64,000 bases of DNA from an uncultured Rikenella sp. (GTDB lineage: Bacteria; Bacteroidota; Bacteroidia; Bacteroidales; VadinHA17). Shown here one piece after another: positions 9,719 through 19,446 of this stretch. The DNA lies in contig CAZHZC010000011.1 of assembly GCA_964537135.1 (NCBI GenBank), positions 59,848 to 123,847 on the forward strand. Direction: 5' to 3'. The notes below the pieces were generated by a model. The model made no database searches and had not been told where the DNA came from. It was given only the letters and a program-made list of their open reading frames with translations. A program made the translations under genes and the position numbers. Positions within the stretch are counted from its first letter, which is position 1. Each line of letters begins with the position of its first letter.

Positions 9719-10994
9719 AGATCACGTCTCCCGGCCCGACGGGAGGCCGGCCATAATCATCCCCCTTCTCATACTGCTCTCCGCAGTCATCTTTTCATGC
9801 AGCAACGATCCCGCCAAAATTGGCCTGGGGCTGCTGCCCGGCAGCGACTACCTTGAGCTGTGGTCAACAGACACTATCTCTATAGCGGCCTATACGATGT
9901 ATAATGAGGAGTCGCTCACCACTGACAGCACACGTATGATCGCCGGTGAGCTCTATGATGACTATTTTGGTACCACCTACTGTGACTTTGTCACACAGCT
10001 CAGGGTGATGGGCCCCTGGCCCGGCAAGCCGTTTGAGGTTGACTCGGTGCTGCTCACCTTCCTGCCGGCCAAGGTGTCACTGGATACGTTGTCATCATAC
10101 TTCCTGCGGCTGTATGAGACCGGCACCCTCCTCACTGACACTACCGACTTCCGCTCATCACAGGACCCTGACACAATAAAGTTCCTGGGTGAGTACCCGC
10201 TGCCCGCGCTGAAGGCTGGCAGCATGGCTGCCATCAAGCTGGAGCAGTGGGTAGGTGAGTACATGCTTCGTGACACCACAAAATTCAACCCTCCTGCCGA
10301 CTTCTACAATGAGTTTTTCAAGGGGCTCTATGTGGCTGTAAGAAGCGAGGGTGAGCCGATGCTGATGGAGCTTGACGCATCACGTACCGCCAGTATCGAT
10401 CCGCTGGCAATGACCATCTTCTACCGTATCGACTCGTTAAGGTACAACTACTCGTTTGTGGCTACCCACAGGGCTGTCAACTACAACAGGTTTACCCATG
10501 ACCGTTCCACTGCCGACCCTGATAAGAAGATTGTGCATGTCAATGATATGGTTGCTGATACCTCCGTCTTCATGCAGAGCTACCAAGGGGTCTATGTAAA
10601 GCTTGACTTCCCGTCGCTGGCAGCCTTCAGGGAGGTAGAGAACCTGTCGGTCAACAAGGCGAGAATAATTGCCCCCATACTCTCTGATGGCGATGATTAT
10701 GTAGGTAAGAACATGCCGGCACAGGCATATGTCAGGTACCGCAACAGCGAGGGGAGGGAGGTACTGGTGCCTGACATACTTATCGATGTCAGCTTTATGG
10801 ATGGCACCTATTACAGTGAGAGCGGCAGCTATATCTTCAATATCACCTCATTTGCACAGAGATACCTCGACGGGAAGATAGATGAGCCGTCGGTGGAGCT
10901 CTTCCTGCCACTCTCGGCATCACATAACGTAATTTTCAGGGCCAACTCCAACAACCCCGCCTTCAGGATGGAGTTTGCCTACACCATATTTTGA
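9687..10994 (+). CDS. DUF4270-like lipoprotein
   Basis: Lipobox LLSAVIFSCS. The position immediately after the short glycogen synthase gene is the conserved Bacteroidota arrangement. The start is uncertain: the track TTG at 9639 and the ATG at 9687 both overlap the upstream gene. Confidence 0.6.
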   Translation: MTSSFSKQSDKDHVSRPDGRPAIIIPLLILLSAVIFSCSNDPAKIGLGLLPGSDYLELWSTDTISIAAYTMYNEESLTTDSTRMIAGELYDDYFGTTYCDFVTQLRVMGPWPGKPFEVDSVLLTFLPAKVSLDTLSSYFLRLYETGTLLTDTTDFRSSQDPDTIKFLGEYPLPALKAGSMAAIKLEQWVGEYMLRDTTKFNPPADFYNEFFKGLYVAVRSEGEPMLMELDASRTASIDPLAMTIFYRIDSLRYNYSFVATHRAVNYNRFTHDRSTADPDKKIVHVNDMVADTSVFMQSYQGVYVKLDFPSLAAFREVENLSVNKARIIAPILSDGDDYVGKNMPAQAYVRYRNSEGREVLVPDILIDVSFMDGTYYSESGSYIFNITSFAQRYLDGKIDEPSVELFLPLSASHNVIFRANSNNPAFRMEFAYTIF

Positions 10995-11039
10995 GAAAAG
11001 ATACGTTACCTTTTTAGTAACATCTAATTCTTTACAACC

Positions 11040-13031
11040 ATGGTTAAGGGCTACAGAAGCCTCAGCATAGGAGAGATCCGCGGGCTGGAGGCTGCAGGGT
11101 GCAGGAGCAGCTCATGGGAGAGTGTCTTCGTAAAAGAGCCTTTCAATGCCGAGAGGGTACAGAACGTATTCTTCTCCGGCCAGGTCAGGCTGGGACTCTT
11201 CGATGGGATAGCTGAGGAGAGGTGCGGACTGCCGGTGATGCATGGCATACGCAATGCACACATACATAACTGCACCATAGCTGATAATGTCACCATCACC
11301 GATATCACCGGCTTTATTGCCAACTATGATATCGAAGAGAATGTGGTGATACGCAACTGCGGCCATATCTCAACCGAGGGACAGAGCTCATTCGGCAATG
11401 GCACACGGCTGGCAGTGCTCAACGAGACGGGCGGACGCGAGGTGCCGATATGGGACCGCCTGACATCACACATGGCATACATCATAACCCTCTACCGGCA
11501 CCGGCCTGAGGCCATAGAGGCTATCGAGAGGATGATTGAGGAGTATGCTGCCAGCGTGAGCTCTGATCGTGGTGTCATAGGAGCAGGAGCATATATCGCC
11601 GGATGTGGCACCATAAAGAATGTGCGCATAGGTAACGGCGCGGTGATTGAAGATGTCTCAAGGCTGGCAGAGGGATCGGTAAACAGCACCTTCGCTGATC
11701 CGGTGGTGATAGGCAATGACGTCATTATGGATCACTTTATCATCTGCTCAGGATCAAAGGTGACCGATGCTGCCGTCATTGACAAATGCTTTATCGGGCA
11801 GGGGTGTACACTCTCAAAGCAGTACTCGGCTGAGAACTCACTCTTCTTCTCCAACTGCGGAGGGTACCACGGTGAGGCCTGCTCTATCTTTGCAGGCCCC
11901 TACACCGTCACACACCACAAGTCGACACTGCTCATCTCCGGCATCTTCTCCTTCATGAATGCCGGCAGCGGCTCTAACCAGAGCAACCATATGTACAAGC
12001 TGGGACCGATACATCAGGGTATCATGGAGAGGGGCTCAAAGACCACCTCCGACTCATACCTGCTGTGGCCCTCACGTATTGGCCCCTTCACCCTGGTGGT
12101 GGGGCGCCATTACCATAACGTCGATACCACAAGCTTCCCCTTCTCATACCTCACTGAGGCAAGCGACGAGTCACAACTCAATCCGGGAATAAACCTGCGC
12201 TCGGTGGGGACAATACGTGACGCCCAGAAGTGGCCGCGGCGTGATGTGCGAAAAGATGCTGACAAGCTGGATCAGATAAACTATAACCTGCTGAGTCCCT
12301 TTACGGTAGGAAAGATGATGACCGGGAGGGAACTGCTGAAACAACTGGTAGAAGAGAACAGGGATAAAGAGATGATCTCATATGAGCGGATGAAGATGAA
12401 GCTCACAGCCGCCGAGAGAGGTATAAACCTTTACCAGATGGGGATCAATAAGTTCATTGGCAACTCAGTGATAAACAGGCTGAAAGATCGTACGTTCACC
12501 ACCGATGAGGAGATGCGACAGAGGATGGTGCCGGAGAGTGAAGAGGGGAGGGGCGACTGGATAGACATGGCCGGACTGATAACTCCTTTCAGCGCAATAG
12601 AGAGGCTGCTGGCCTCACTCGAACAGGGGGAGCTGGGGAGCGCCGATGAGGTGAACAGACGGTTTGAAGATATACATAAGAACTACTATGTTCTGGAGTG
12701 GAGATGGGTATATGACCGGCTGCCACAGGAGACAGGCAAGCCCAATGAGGAGCTTACCGCTGCCGACCTGGCCGGCATAGTGGAGAGGTGGCAGAAGAGC
12801 GTGGTGGACCTGGACTGGATGTTGTACGAGGATGCCAGAAAAGAGTTCACCCTCTCGTCAATGACCGGCTTCGGTATTGACGGTGATGATGAGGTGAAGA
12901 AGCGCGACTTCGAGCAGGTGAGAGGTGACTTTGAAAGGAACGGCGTGGTGCTCGCCATCCTGGACCATATAAAGGTGAAAAGTGAGCTGGGCGAGAGCAT
13001 GCTAAGACACCTGGCAACGGTCAGAGGATAG
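11040..13031 (+). CDS. DUF4954-like protein with a left-handed beta-helix (hexapeptide-repeat) region
   Basis: 663 aa with repetitive hexapeptide-like segments (IGAGAYIAGCGTIKNVRIGNGAVIED...). The size and N-terminus resemble Bacteroidota DUF4954 proteins, called from memory of the family. Confidence 0.55.
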   Translation: MVKGYRSLSIGEIRGLEAAGCRSSSWESVFVKEPFNAERVQNVFFSGQVRLGLFDGIAEERCGLPVMHGIRNAHIHNCTIADNVTITDITGFIANYDIEENVVIRNCGHISTEGQSSFGNGTRLAVLNETGGREVPIWDRLTSHMAYIITLYRHRPEAIEAIERMIEEYAASVSSDRGVIGAGAYIAGCGTIKNVRIGNGAVIEDVSRLAEGSVNSTFADPVVIGNDVIMDHFIICSGSKVTDAAVIDKCFIGQGCTLSKQYSAENSLFFSNCGGYHGEACSIFAGPYTVTHHKSTLLISGIFSFMNAGSGSNQSNHMYKLGPIHQGIMERGSKTTSDSYLLWPSRIGPFTLVVGRHYHNVDTTSFPFSYLTEASDESQLNPGINLRSVGTIRDAQKWPRRDVRKDADKLDQINYNLLSPFTVGKMMTGRELLKQLVEENRDKEMISYERMKMKLTAAERGINLYQMGINKFIGNSVINRLKDRTFTTDEEMRQRMVPESEEGRGDWIDMAGLITPFSAIERLLASLEQGELGSADEVNRRFEDIHKNYYVLEWRWVYDRLPQETGKPNEELTAADLAGIVERWQKSVVDLDWMLYEDARKEFTLSSMTGFGIDGDDEVKKRDFEQVRGDFERNGVVLAILDHIKVKSELGESMLRHLATVRG

Positions 13032-13059
13032 GGGGGCGGGACCGGGCTATCCCTCTCAG

Positions 13060-14115
13060 CTACCTGTTTCCGTACATCTCTTCGTAATAGCTGGCATAGG
13101 CACCCGAGATGATGGTATCAAGCCACTTCTCATTGGCCAGGTACCAGTCGACAGTCTTAACCAGCCCCTCTTCAAAGGTGACCGACGGCCTCCACCCCAG
13201 CTCACCCTTCAGCTTGCTGCTGTCAATGGCATAGCGCAGGTCATGGCCGGCACGGTCGGTAACAAAGGTGATAAGCTTTTCAGAGCTGCCTTCACCGCGT
13301 CCCAGCTTCCCGTCCATAATACGGCAGAGCAGCCTGACCAGCTCAATATTCATCCACTCATTGTCGCCACCCACATTGTAGGTCTCACCCGCCTTCCCCT
13401 TGTGGAAGATCAGATCGATAGCCGATGCGTGATCCTCAACGAAGAGCCAGTCACGGATATTTTCACCCCTGCCATATACCGGAATAGGTTTCATGGTTTT
13501 TATGTTATTGATAGTCAGGGGTATCAGTTTTTCGGGAAACTGGTTCGGACCGTAATTGTTTGAGCAGTTGGATATCACAAAGGGTACTCCGTAGGTATTG
13601 CCAAATGCCCTTACCATATGGTCAGAGCTCGCCTTCGAGGCTGAGTAGGGGCTCCTTGGGTCGTAGGGGGTCTCTTCGGTGAAGAAGCCGCCATGGTCAA
13701 GTGAGCCATACACCTCGTCGGTGGAGACGTGGAAGAAGAGCTTGCCGGCACCGGTGGCAGGCTTAACATCACGGAAGGCTGTCAGCAGGTTGACGGTACC
13801 AATTATATTGGTATGGATAAACTCATCAGGTGAGGTGATAGACCTGTCAACATGTGACTCGGCAGCCAGGTGCAGCACCCCGTCAAACCTGAACTCATCA
13901 AAGAGGGTATTGACCGCCTCCTTGTCAACGATATCGATCTTGCGGAAGAGGTAGTTCCCTTTCCCTTCAATGTCGGTGAGGTTGCCGAGGTTGCCGGCAT
14001 AGGTGAGCTTGTCTGCATTGACAATGGTGTATCCGGGATATCTGTTGACAAAGCGTCTGACGACGTGTGACCCGATGAAGCCGGCCCCGCCGGTAATAAG
14101 TACTCTACGTTCCAT
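13060..14115 (-). CDS. rfbB: dTDP-glucose 4,6-dehydratase
   Basis: GGAGFIGSH Rossmann motif, YSASKASSD (YxxxK), and 351 aa typical of RfbB. Confidence 0.9.
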   Translation of the reverse strand: MERRVLITGGAGFIGSHVVRRFVNRYPGYTIVNADKLTYAGNLGNLTDIEGKGNYLFRKIDIVDKEAVNTLFDEFRFDGVLHLAAESHVDRSITSPDEFIHTNIIGTVNLLTAFRDVKPATGAGKLFFHVSTDEVYGSLDHGGFFTEETPYDPRSPYSASKASSDHMVRAFGNTYGVPFVISNCSNNYGPNQFPEKLIPLTINNIKTMKPIPVYGRGENIRDWLFVEDHASAIDLIFHKGKAGETYNVGGDNEWMNIELVRLLCRIMDGKLGRGEGSSEKLITFVTDRAGHDLRYAIDSSKLKGELGWRPSVTFEEGLVKTVDWYLANEKWLDTIISGAYASYYEEMYGNR

Positions 14116-14170
14116 ATCTATCTGTTTTTTCTTGTTCTCTTCTGCGGCTGCCTCATACTCTTCGGTACCC

Positions 14171-14284
14171 CTCCTGCCCTTACTCTATTCTATGCTGGCA
14201 GGGTCCTCTTGCCGGCCTGACCGTCCCGGCATTTCTCCTGCCCTGATTCTATGCTGGCCCGGCTTCTCTCTCCGGCCTGACCGT
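14171..14284. repeat. two tandem copies of a ~50-54 nt CT-rich unit (ctcctgccct..ttctatgctggc..ccggcctgaccgt)
   Basis: Copies run 14171-14224 and 14235-14284 in the galE-stop / rfbB-start spacer. Confidence 0.75.
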
Positions 14285-14331
14285 GCTGGCTGCTCAGCAG
14301 CCTCTCATGGTCTCTTCCGGCAGCACCTCTC

Positions 14332-15357
14332 TTATCTCTCCCTCAGCCGTTGCTCCCACCGCCATGCTGACTCCATAGCCTCTCCGATGGAGAGCTCGGT
14401 CTTCCACTCCAGCTCACTGTTGGCGAGCGACGGGTCGGCCCATATCTTCTCAATATCGCCGGCTCTTCGTCCGGTGACTGAATATTTCAGCTTCACCCCG
14501 GTAGAGCTCTCAAAGGCGTCAATAGCCTCCAGCACCGAGACACCTTTGCCCATCCCCAGGTTGAACACCTCATAGCGTGACCTGTTCCTGCCATCGAGCA
14601 GGCGGCGCAGTGCCTTTACGTGTGCCCTGGCCAGGTCAACCACATGGAGGTAGTCACGTATGCATGACCCGTCAGGTGTGTTGTAGTCAGTGCCAAAGAC
14701 CTTCAGCTCATCCCTGATCCCTATGGCGGTCTGGGTGATGAAGGGCACCAGGTTGTCAGGCACCCCGCGTGGCAGCTCACCTATCAGTCCGGAGGGATGC
14801 GCCCCGATAGGGTTGAAGTATCTGAGTGAGATAGCCTTATGCTTCTGGCTGGCGGCTATGGTGTCACGTATGATTATCTCACCTGCCTGCTTGGTATAGC
14901 CATAGGGTGAGGCAGCCTCCTTCACCGGCGACTGCTCGGTCACCGGCAGCGTGTCAGGCTGGCCGTAGACGGTACATGATGATGAGAATACCAGTGCCGG
15001 AGTCTCATGCCGCTCCATCATGGTGAGCAGGTTCATGAGTGATATGAGGTTGTTGCGGTAGTAGTCAAGAGGCCTGCTGACCGACTCACCCACCGCCTTA
15101 AGGGCAGCAAAGTGTATGATGGCATCAACATGACCGCCGGTAGCAAACTCCTTCTCAAGCCTGCGCATGTCACACAGGTCGGTCTTCAGAAATTCGGGTG
15201 TTATGCCGGTGATGGCACGTATACCCTCCAGCACTGAGATCTCTGAGTTGCTCAGGTTATCAACAATCACCACATCAAAACCGTCATTGATCAGTTCCAC
15301 AGCTGTGTGTGAGCCGATATATCCGGTTCCTCCGGTGACCATTACCCTTTTTCTCAT
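14332..15357 (-). CDS. galE: UDP-glucose 4-epimerase
   Basis: GGTGYIGSH, YGYTKQAGE (YxxxK), 341 aa. Confidence 0.9.
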   Translation of the reverse strand: MRKRVMVTGGTGYIGSHTAVELINDGFDVVIVDNLSNSEISVLEGIRAITGITPEFLKTDLCDMRRLEKEFATGGHVDAIIHFAALKAVGESVSRPLDYYRNNLISLMNLLTMMERHETPALVFSSSCTVYGQPDTLPVTEQSPVKEAASPYGYTKQAGEIIIRDTIAASQKHKAISLRYFNPIGAHPSGLIGELPRGVPDNLVPFITQTAIGIRDELKVFGTDYNTPDGSCIRDYLHVVDLARAHVKALRRLLDGRNRSRYEVFNLGMGKGVSVLEAIDAFESSTGVKLKYSVTGRRAGDIEKIWADPSLANSELEWKTELSIGEAMESAWRWEQRLRER

Positions 15358-15358
15358 A

Positions 15359-16654
15359 TCAGAAGCTCCAGTATGTAAGCCACTTGACCCTGTTGCGGAA
15401 GAGGCCCTTCAGATCAATCAGTATACCTTTCTCATTGAGCAGGTCAAGAAAATATTTCTCATCAAGATCGCGGTACTCCTTATGTGCCACGGTCACCACG
15501 ATAGCGTCATAGCGACCCTCGGGCTCTCTGCTGAGGGTAATGCCATACTCTCTCATCACCTCTTCGGGTGAGGCCCCCGGGTCTATCACATCGACCTCAA
15601 CCCCAAACTCACGCAGCTCACGTACCACATCAATAACCTTTGAGTTGCGTATGTCAGAGACATCCTCCTTAAAGGTCATCCCCATCACCAGCACGCGTGA
15701 CCTGTCAGGGCTCTTCTGTGCAGCTATCAGCTTCTTCACCGTCTCCTTGCCGGCATAGGCACCCATACTGTCATTGGTGAAGCGGCCCGAGTCGATCATC
15801 TGCGGGTGGTAGCCCAGTGCCTTCGCCTTGAATGAGAGGTAGTAGGGGTCAACACCTATACAGTGCCCACCCACCAGTCCCGGGAAGAATTTCAGGAAGT
15901 TCCACTTGGTGCCTGCCGCCTCAAGAACCTCATAGGTGTTGATACCCATGCGATTGAATATTATTGAGAGCTCATTCATGAATGCGATGTTTATGTCGCG
16001 CTGAGTGTTCTCAATGATCTTGGCCGCCTCGGCAACCTTGATCGATGAGGCGCGGTGTACACCAGCTTCAATTATCATCTCATAGATACGGGCTATGATC
16101 TCTGCTGACTCATTGTCGCAGCCGCTGGTCACCTTGACGATGCGGGTGAGGGTATGGTTCTTGTCTCCCGGGTTGATACGCTCGGGCGAGAATCCTATCT
16201 TGAAGTCGGCCGGGCATTTCAGTCCTGAATACCTCTCCAGGACAGGCAGACAGTCATCCTCGGTACAACCGGGGTAGACCGTCGATTCATAGACCACATA
16301 GTCACCCTTCTTGAGGATGCGTCCCACCACCTCCGACGCGTTGAGCACAGGGCCCAGGTCAGGCAGCTTGTGGCGGGTGACCGGTGTGGGGACGGCTATG
16401 ATGTGGAATGATGCCTGCCGCAGATCCTCAGGATCAGCGGTAAACACTATGTCGGTATTCTCAAAGGCTTCAGGGCCCAGCTCATTGCTGGGGTCAATAC
16501 CCCTCTTCATCAGCTCAATGCGGTCAGGCCTGATATCATAACCCACCACACTGAGCTTCCTTGCAAACTCAAGGGCAATGGGCAGACCTACATAACCGAG
16601 GCCTATCAGTGAGATTTTTGTCTCTTTCTTAAGAAGCTTGTCGTACATATTCAT
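15359..16654 (-). CDS. wbpA: UDP-N-acetyl-D-glucosamine (or -mannosamine) 6-dehydrogenase, WbpA/TviB-like
   Basis: Rossmann motif GLGYVGLP and catalytic Cys motif GGHCIGVDP. It is the first gene of a four-gene WbpA/B/D/E-type set. Exact substrate is not determinable from sequence. Confidence 0.7.
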   Translation of the reverse strand: MNMYDKLLKKETKISLIGLGYVGLPIALEFARKLSVVGYDIRPDRIELMKRGIDPSNELGPEAFENTDIVFTADPEDLRQASFHIIAVPTPVTRHKLPDLGPVLNASEVVGRILKKGDYVVYESTVYPGCTEDDCLPVLERYSGLKCPADFKIGFSPERINPGDKNHTLTRIVKVTSGCDNESAEIIARIYEMIIEAGVHRASSIKVAEAAKIIENTQRDINIAFMNELSIIFNRMGINTYEVLEAAGTKWNFLKFFPGLVGGHCIGVDPYYLSFKAKALGYHPQMIDSGRFTNDSMGAYAGKETVKKLIAAQKSPDRSRVLVMGMTFKEDVSDIRNSKVIDVVRELREFGVEVDVIDPGASPEEVMREYGITLSREPEGRYDAIVVTVAHKEYRDLDEKYFLDLLNEKGILIDLKGLFRNRVKWLTYWSF

Positions 16655-17601
16655 TTTTTTATCAACGGATGGTACTCACCTGTAAGTACAGAGAGTGCCG
16701 AATTTCTTATCTGATAAACTGTCTCTATGCTTTGCCGGGCATCCTCCAGCCCGAAACCGTTACCTGCCAGTATATCACGGTAGGTGACGGTATGGAGGTC
16801 AGTGAACCCATCGGAGAACTCCAGCTCCTCACCATCGATGGTGATATTGCGATAGGTACGTCTCCCCTGACTCTTCACCTCGTCGGGCAGATCATTCCAG
16901 TCGATACTGAGGAACCACCTCACCCTGGCATTCTGCAGCTCCAGGTAGCCCGAGGCCTTGTCACCATCGAGCAGGTGCACCCTGTTGGATACCACCGGCC
17001 CGAAGATCCATCCCAGCATATCAAAAAAGTGAACACCTATGTTGGTGGCGATGCCTCCCGACTTGTTGATGTCACCCTTCCATGAGAAGTGGTACCAGTT
17101 GCCGCGGCTGGTGATATAGGTGAGGTCAATATCGTGCTTCCTGCCGGGAGGGGTGCCGGCTATCCGGTTACGCAGATCAATGATCACCGGGTGGTGCCTC
17201 AGCTGCAGTATATTGTATATATGGTGTCCTGTCTCCTTCTCCAGCTCCTGAAGAGCATCAATGTTCCACGGGTTGAGCACAACCGGCTTCTCGCAGATAG
17301 CGTCGCTCTTGTGGCGCAGCGCGAACCTGATATGTGAGTCGTGAAGGTAGTTTGGGGAGCAGATACTGACATAGTCAAGCTTCACACCACTGCGCCTCAG
17401 CTTGTCGAGGTGCCGGTCAAACCTCTCAAACTCAACGAAGAAGTCGCTCTCGGGGAAGTAGCTGTCCAGCTTACCTACACAGTCGAACTTGTCGAGGCTG
17501 GCCAGCAGCCGGTTGCCGGTATCCTTGATGGCCCTGAGGTGACGGTCAGCTATGTAGCCTGCCACCCCTATCAGCCCGAAATTCCTGGGTATCTCATTCA
17601 T
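16651..17601 (-). CDS. wbpB: Gfo/Idh/MocA oxidoreductase, WbpB-like (UDP-GlcNAcA 3-dehydrogenase)
   Basis: N-terminal GVAGYIADRHL Rossmann motif, 316 aa, 4-nt overlap with the upstream dehydrogenase gene. The assignment comes from operon context. Confidence 0.65.
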   Translation of the reverse strand: MNEIPRNFGLIGVAGYIADRHLRAIKDTGNRLLASLDKFDCVGKLDSYFPESDFFVEFERFDRHLDKLRRSGVKLDYVSICSPNYLHDSHIRFALRHKSDAICEKPVVLNPWNIDALQELEKETGHHIYNILQLRHHPVIIDLRNRIAGTPPGRKHDIDLTYITSRGNWYHFSWKGDINKSGGIATNIGVHFFDMLGWIFGPVVSNRVHLLDGDKASGYLELQNARVRWFLSIDWNDLPDEVKSQGRRTYRNITIDGEELEFSDGFTDLHTVTYRDILAGNGFGLEDARQSIETVYQIRNSALSVLTGEYHPLIKK

Positions 17602-17630
17602 CAGCAGATCTCTTTTTCAGAAACAAATTG

Positions 17631-18209
17631 TTAACCTGACCGTGTCACCTCACCCTCTGAAAGCCTGTATTGCTGTCCGCTCTCAGGGCATATCGCCACT
17701 CCATCGTCATTGAATATGAGCTTATGCCCGTATTCAGAGACCCATCCGGTCTGGCGTCCGGGATTACCCACCACCAGGGCGTAGTTCTTCACCGGCCTGG
17801 TTATCACCGCCCCGGCACCGATAAGTGCATAGCGTCCTATCTCATTGCCACACACTATGGTAGCGTTGGCACCTATAGAGGCGCCGCGCCTTACCATGGT
17901 GGTGACATAGAGGTCACGCCTGATCACTGCACTGCGCGGATTGCTTATGTTGGTGAAGACCATTGAGGGTCCGAGAAAAACATCATCCTCACATATAACT
18001 CCGGTATATATGGAGACATTGTTCTGTACCTTCACATTTTTTCCCAGCACCACGCCGGGTGAGACCACCACATTCTGGCCCAGGTTGCACCCCTCACCTA
18101 TCACCGCATCTTTCATGACATGGGTGAAGTGCCATATCTTGGTTCCGCTGCCGATGATGCATCCCTCATCAATGACAGCGGTCTCATGGGCAAAGTAGCT
18201 TTTTTCCAT
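17631..18209 (-). CDS. wbpD: hexapeptide-repeat N-acetyltransferase, WbpD-like
   Basis: 192 aa left-handed beta-helix repeats (IGEGCNLGQNVVV, IGANATIVCGNEIG), between the WbpB-like and DegT-type genes. Confidence 0.65.
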   Translation of the reverse strand: MEKSYFAHETAVIDEGCIIGSGTKIWHFTHVMKDAVIGEGCNLGQNVVVSPGVVLGKNVKVQNNVSIYTGVICEDDVFLGPSMVFTNISNPRSAVIRRDLYVTTMVRRGASIGANATIVCGNEIGRYALIGAGAVITRPVKNYALVVGNPGRQTGWVSEYGHKLIFNDDGVAICPESGQQYRLSEGEVTRSG

Positions 18210-18216
18210 TATTGTC

Positions 18217-19344
18217 TCAATTGAATTTTGACCTTATGCAGCCGGTGATATATTCAAGCTGCTCATCATCGAGCTCACTATGCATCGGCAGCGAGAGCAC
18301 GGTGGATGAGAGGCGGCTGGTGACCGGAAAGGCGCCGGACGGGTAGCCCAGGTGAAGGTAGGCCTTCTGCATATGCAACGGTACCGGGTAGTATATCATT
18401 GAGGGGATACCTTCATCACTGAGGCACTCACGCAGCGCATCACGCCTGCCACCCTCAATGGTAAGGGTGTACTGGTGAAAGATATGTGTTGAGCGGTCAC
18501 TACGCGCCGGAATGGTGATACCCCCGAGCCCTGCCAGCTCACTGTCATAGTATGCTGCTGCCCGTCCACGGGCATGGTTGTAGCGGTCGAGGTGACGCAG
18601 CTTGACCCTCAGGATGGCGGCCTGAAGGGTGTCAAGACGTGAGTTGACCCCTATGGTGTCATGGTAATAGCGTACCCTCATGCCGTGGTTGGTGATGCTC
18701 CGTATCAGTGATGCCAGGGTATCATCATCGGTGAAGAGGGCCCCGCCGTCACCAAAGCAGCCCAGGTTCTTTGAGGGGAAGAATGAGGTGCAGCCTATGG
18801 TGCCCATCGTGCCGGCCTTTTTTACCGTGCCGTCAGAGAAGCGGTAGGCGGCGCCGGTAGCCTGGGCAGTATCTTCAATGATATAGAGGCCATGCTGTTG
18901 TGCCAGCTCAATAAGAGGCTCCATATCAGCACACTGTCCAAAGAGGTGCACAGGCACTATAGCCCTGGTACGGGGTGTGATAGCCCGCCTGACAGCATCA
19001 ATGCTTATGTTGAAGGTGTCTGGCTCAGGCTCAACAAGAACGGGTATGAGCCCCAGCAGGGCTACCACCTCCACGGTGGCAATAAAGGTGAAGTTGGTGG
19101 TTATCACCTCATCACCCGGCTTGAGACCCAGGGCCATCAGCGCAATCTGAAGGGCGTCGGTGCCGTTGGCACAGGAGATGACATGACCTGCTCCGAGGTA
19201 GTGCTGTAGCTCCTCTTCGAAGAGACACACGTCAGGTCCGCGGATGAAGGCGGAAGAGCTGATCACCTCAGCAACAGCCTTGTCAATATCAGCCTTAACC
19301 CCTTCATACTGCGTACGAAGATCAACCATCTCAATCTTTTTCAT
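18217..19344 (-). CDS. wbpE: DegT/DnrJ/EryC1/StrS family aminotransferase, WbpE-like
   Basis: PLP-lysine motif SFFPSKNLGCFGDGG, 375 aa. Confidence 0.75.
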   Translation of the reverse strand: MKKIEMVDLRTQYEGVKADIDKAVAEVISSSAFIRGPDVCLFEEELQHYLGAGHVISCANGTDALQIALMALGLKPGDEVITTNFTFIATVEVVALLGLIPVLVEPEPDTFNISIDAVRRAITPRTRAIVPVHLFGQCADMEPLIELAQQHGLYIIEDTAQATGAAYRFSDGTVKKAGTMGTIGCTSFFPSKNLGCFGDGGALFTDDDTLASLIRSITNHGMRVRYYHDTIGVNSRLDTLQAAILRVKLRHLDRYNHARGRAAAYYDSELAGLGGITIPARSDRSTHIFHQYTLTIEGGRRDALRECLSDEGIPSMIYYPVPLHMQKAYLHLGYPSGAFPVTSRLSSTVLSLPMHSELDDEQLEYITGCIRSKFN

Positions 19345-19423
19345 ACTCAGTCATATCAGTTTGAAGCGAAGATAATAGATTTTAATTAACCCCTTTTCAG
19401 GAGGGAAGATCAGCTTTCTTTTT

Positions 19424-19431
19424 TATCTTTG
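19424..19431 (+). promoter_or_regulatory. -7 promoter box TATCTTTG upstream of the SPOR protein gene
   Basis: Exact TAnnTTTG, 15 nt upstream of the ATG at 19447. It overlaps the TTG used as the start in the ORF track, which argues for the ATG start. Confidence 0.5.
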
Positions 19432-19446
19432 TTTATTATTTTTCCC

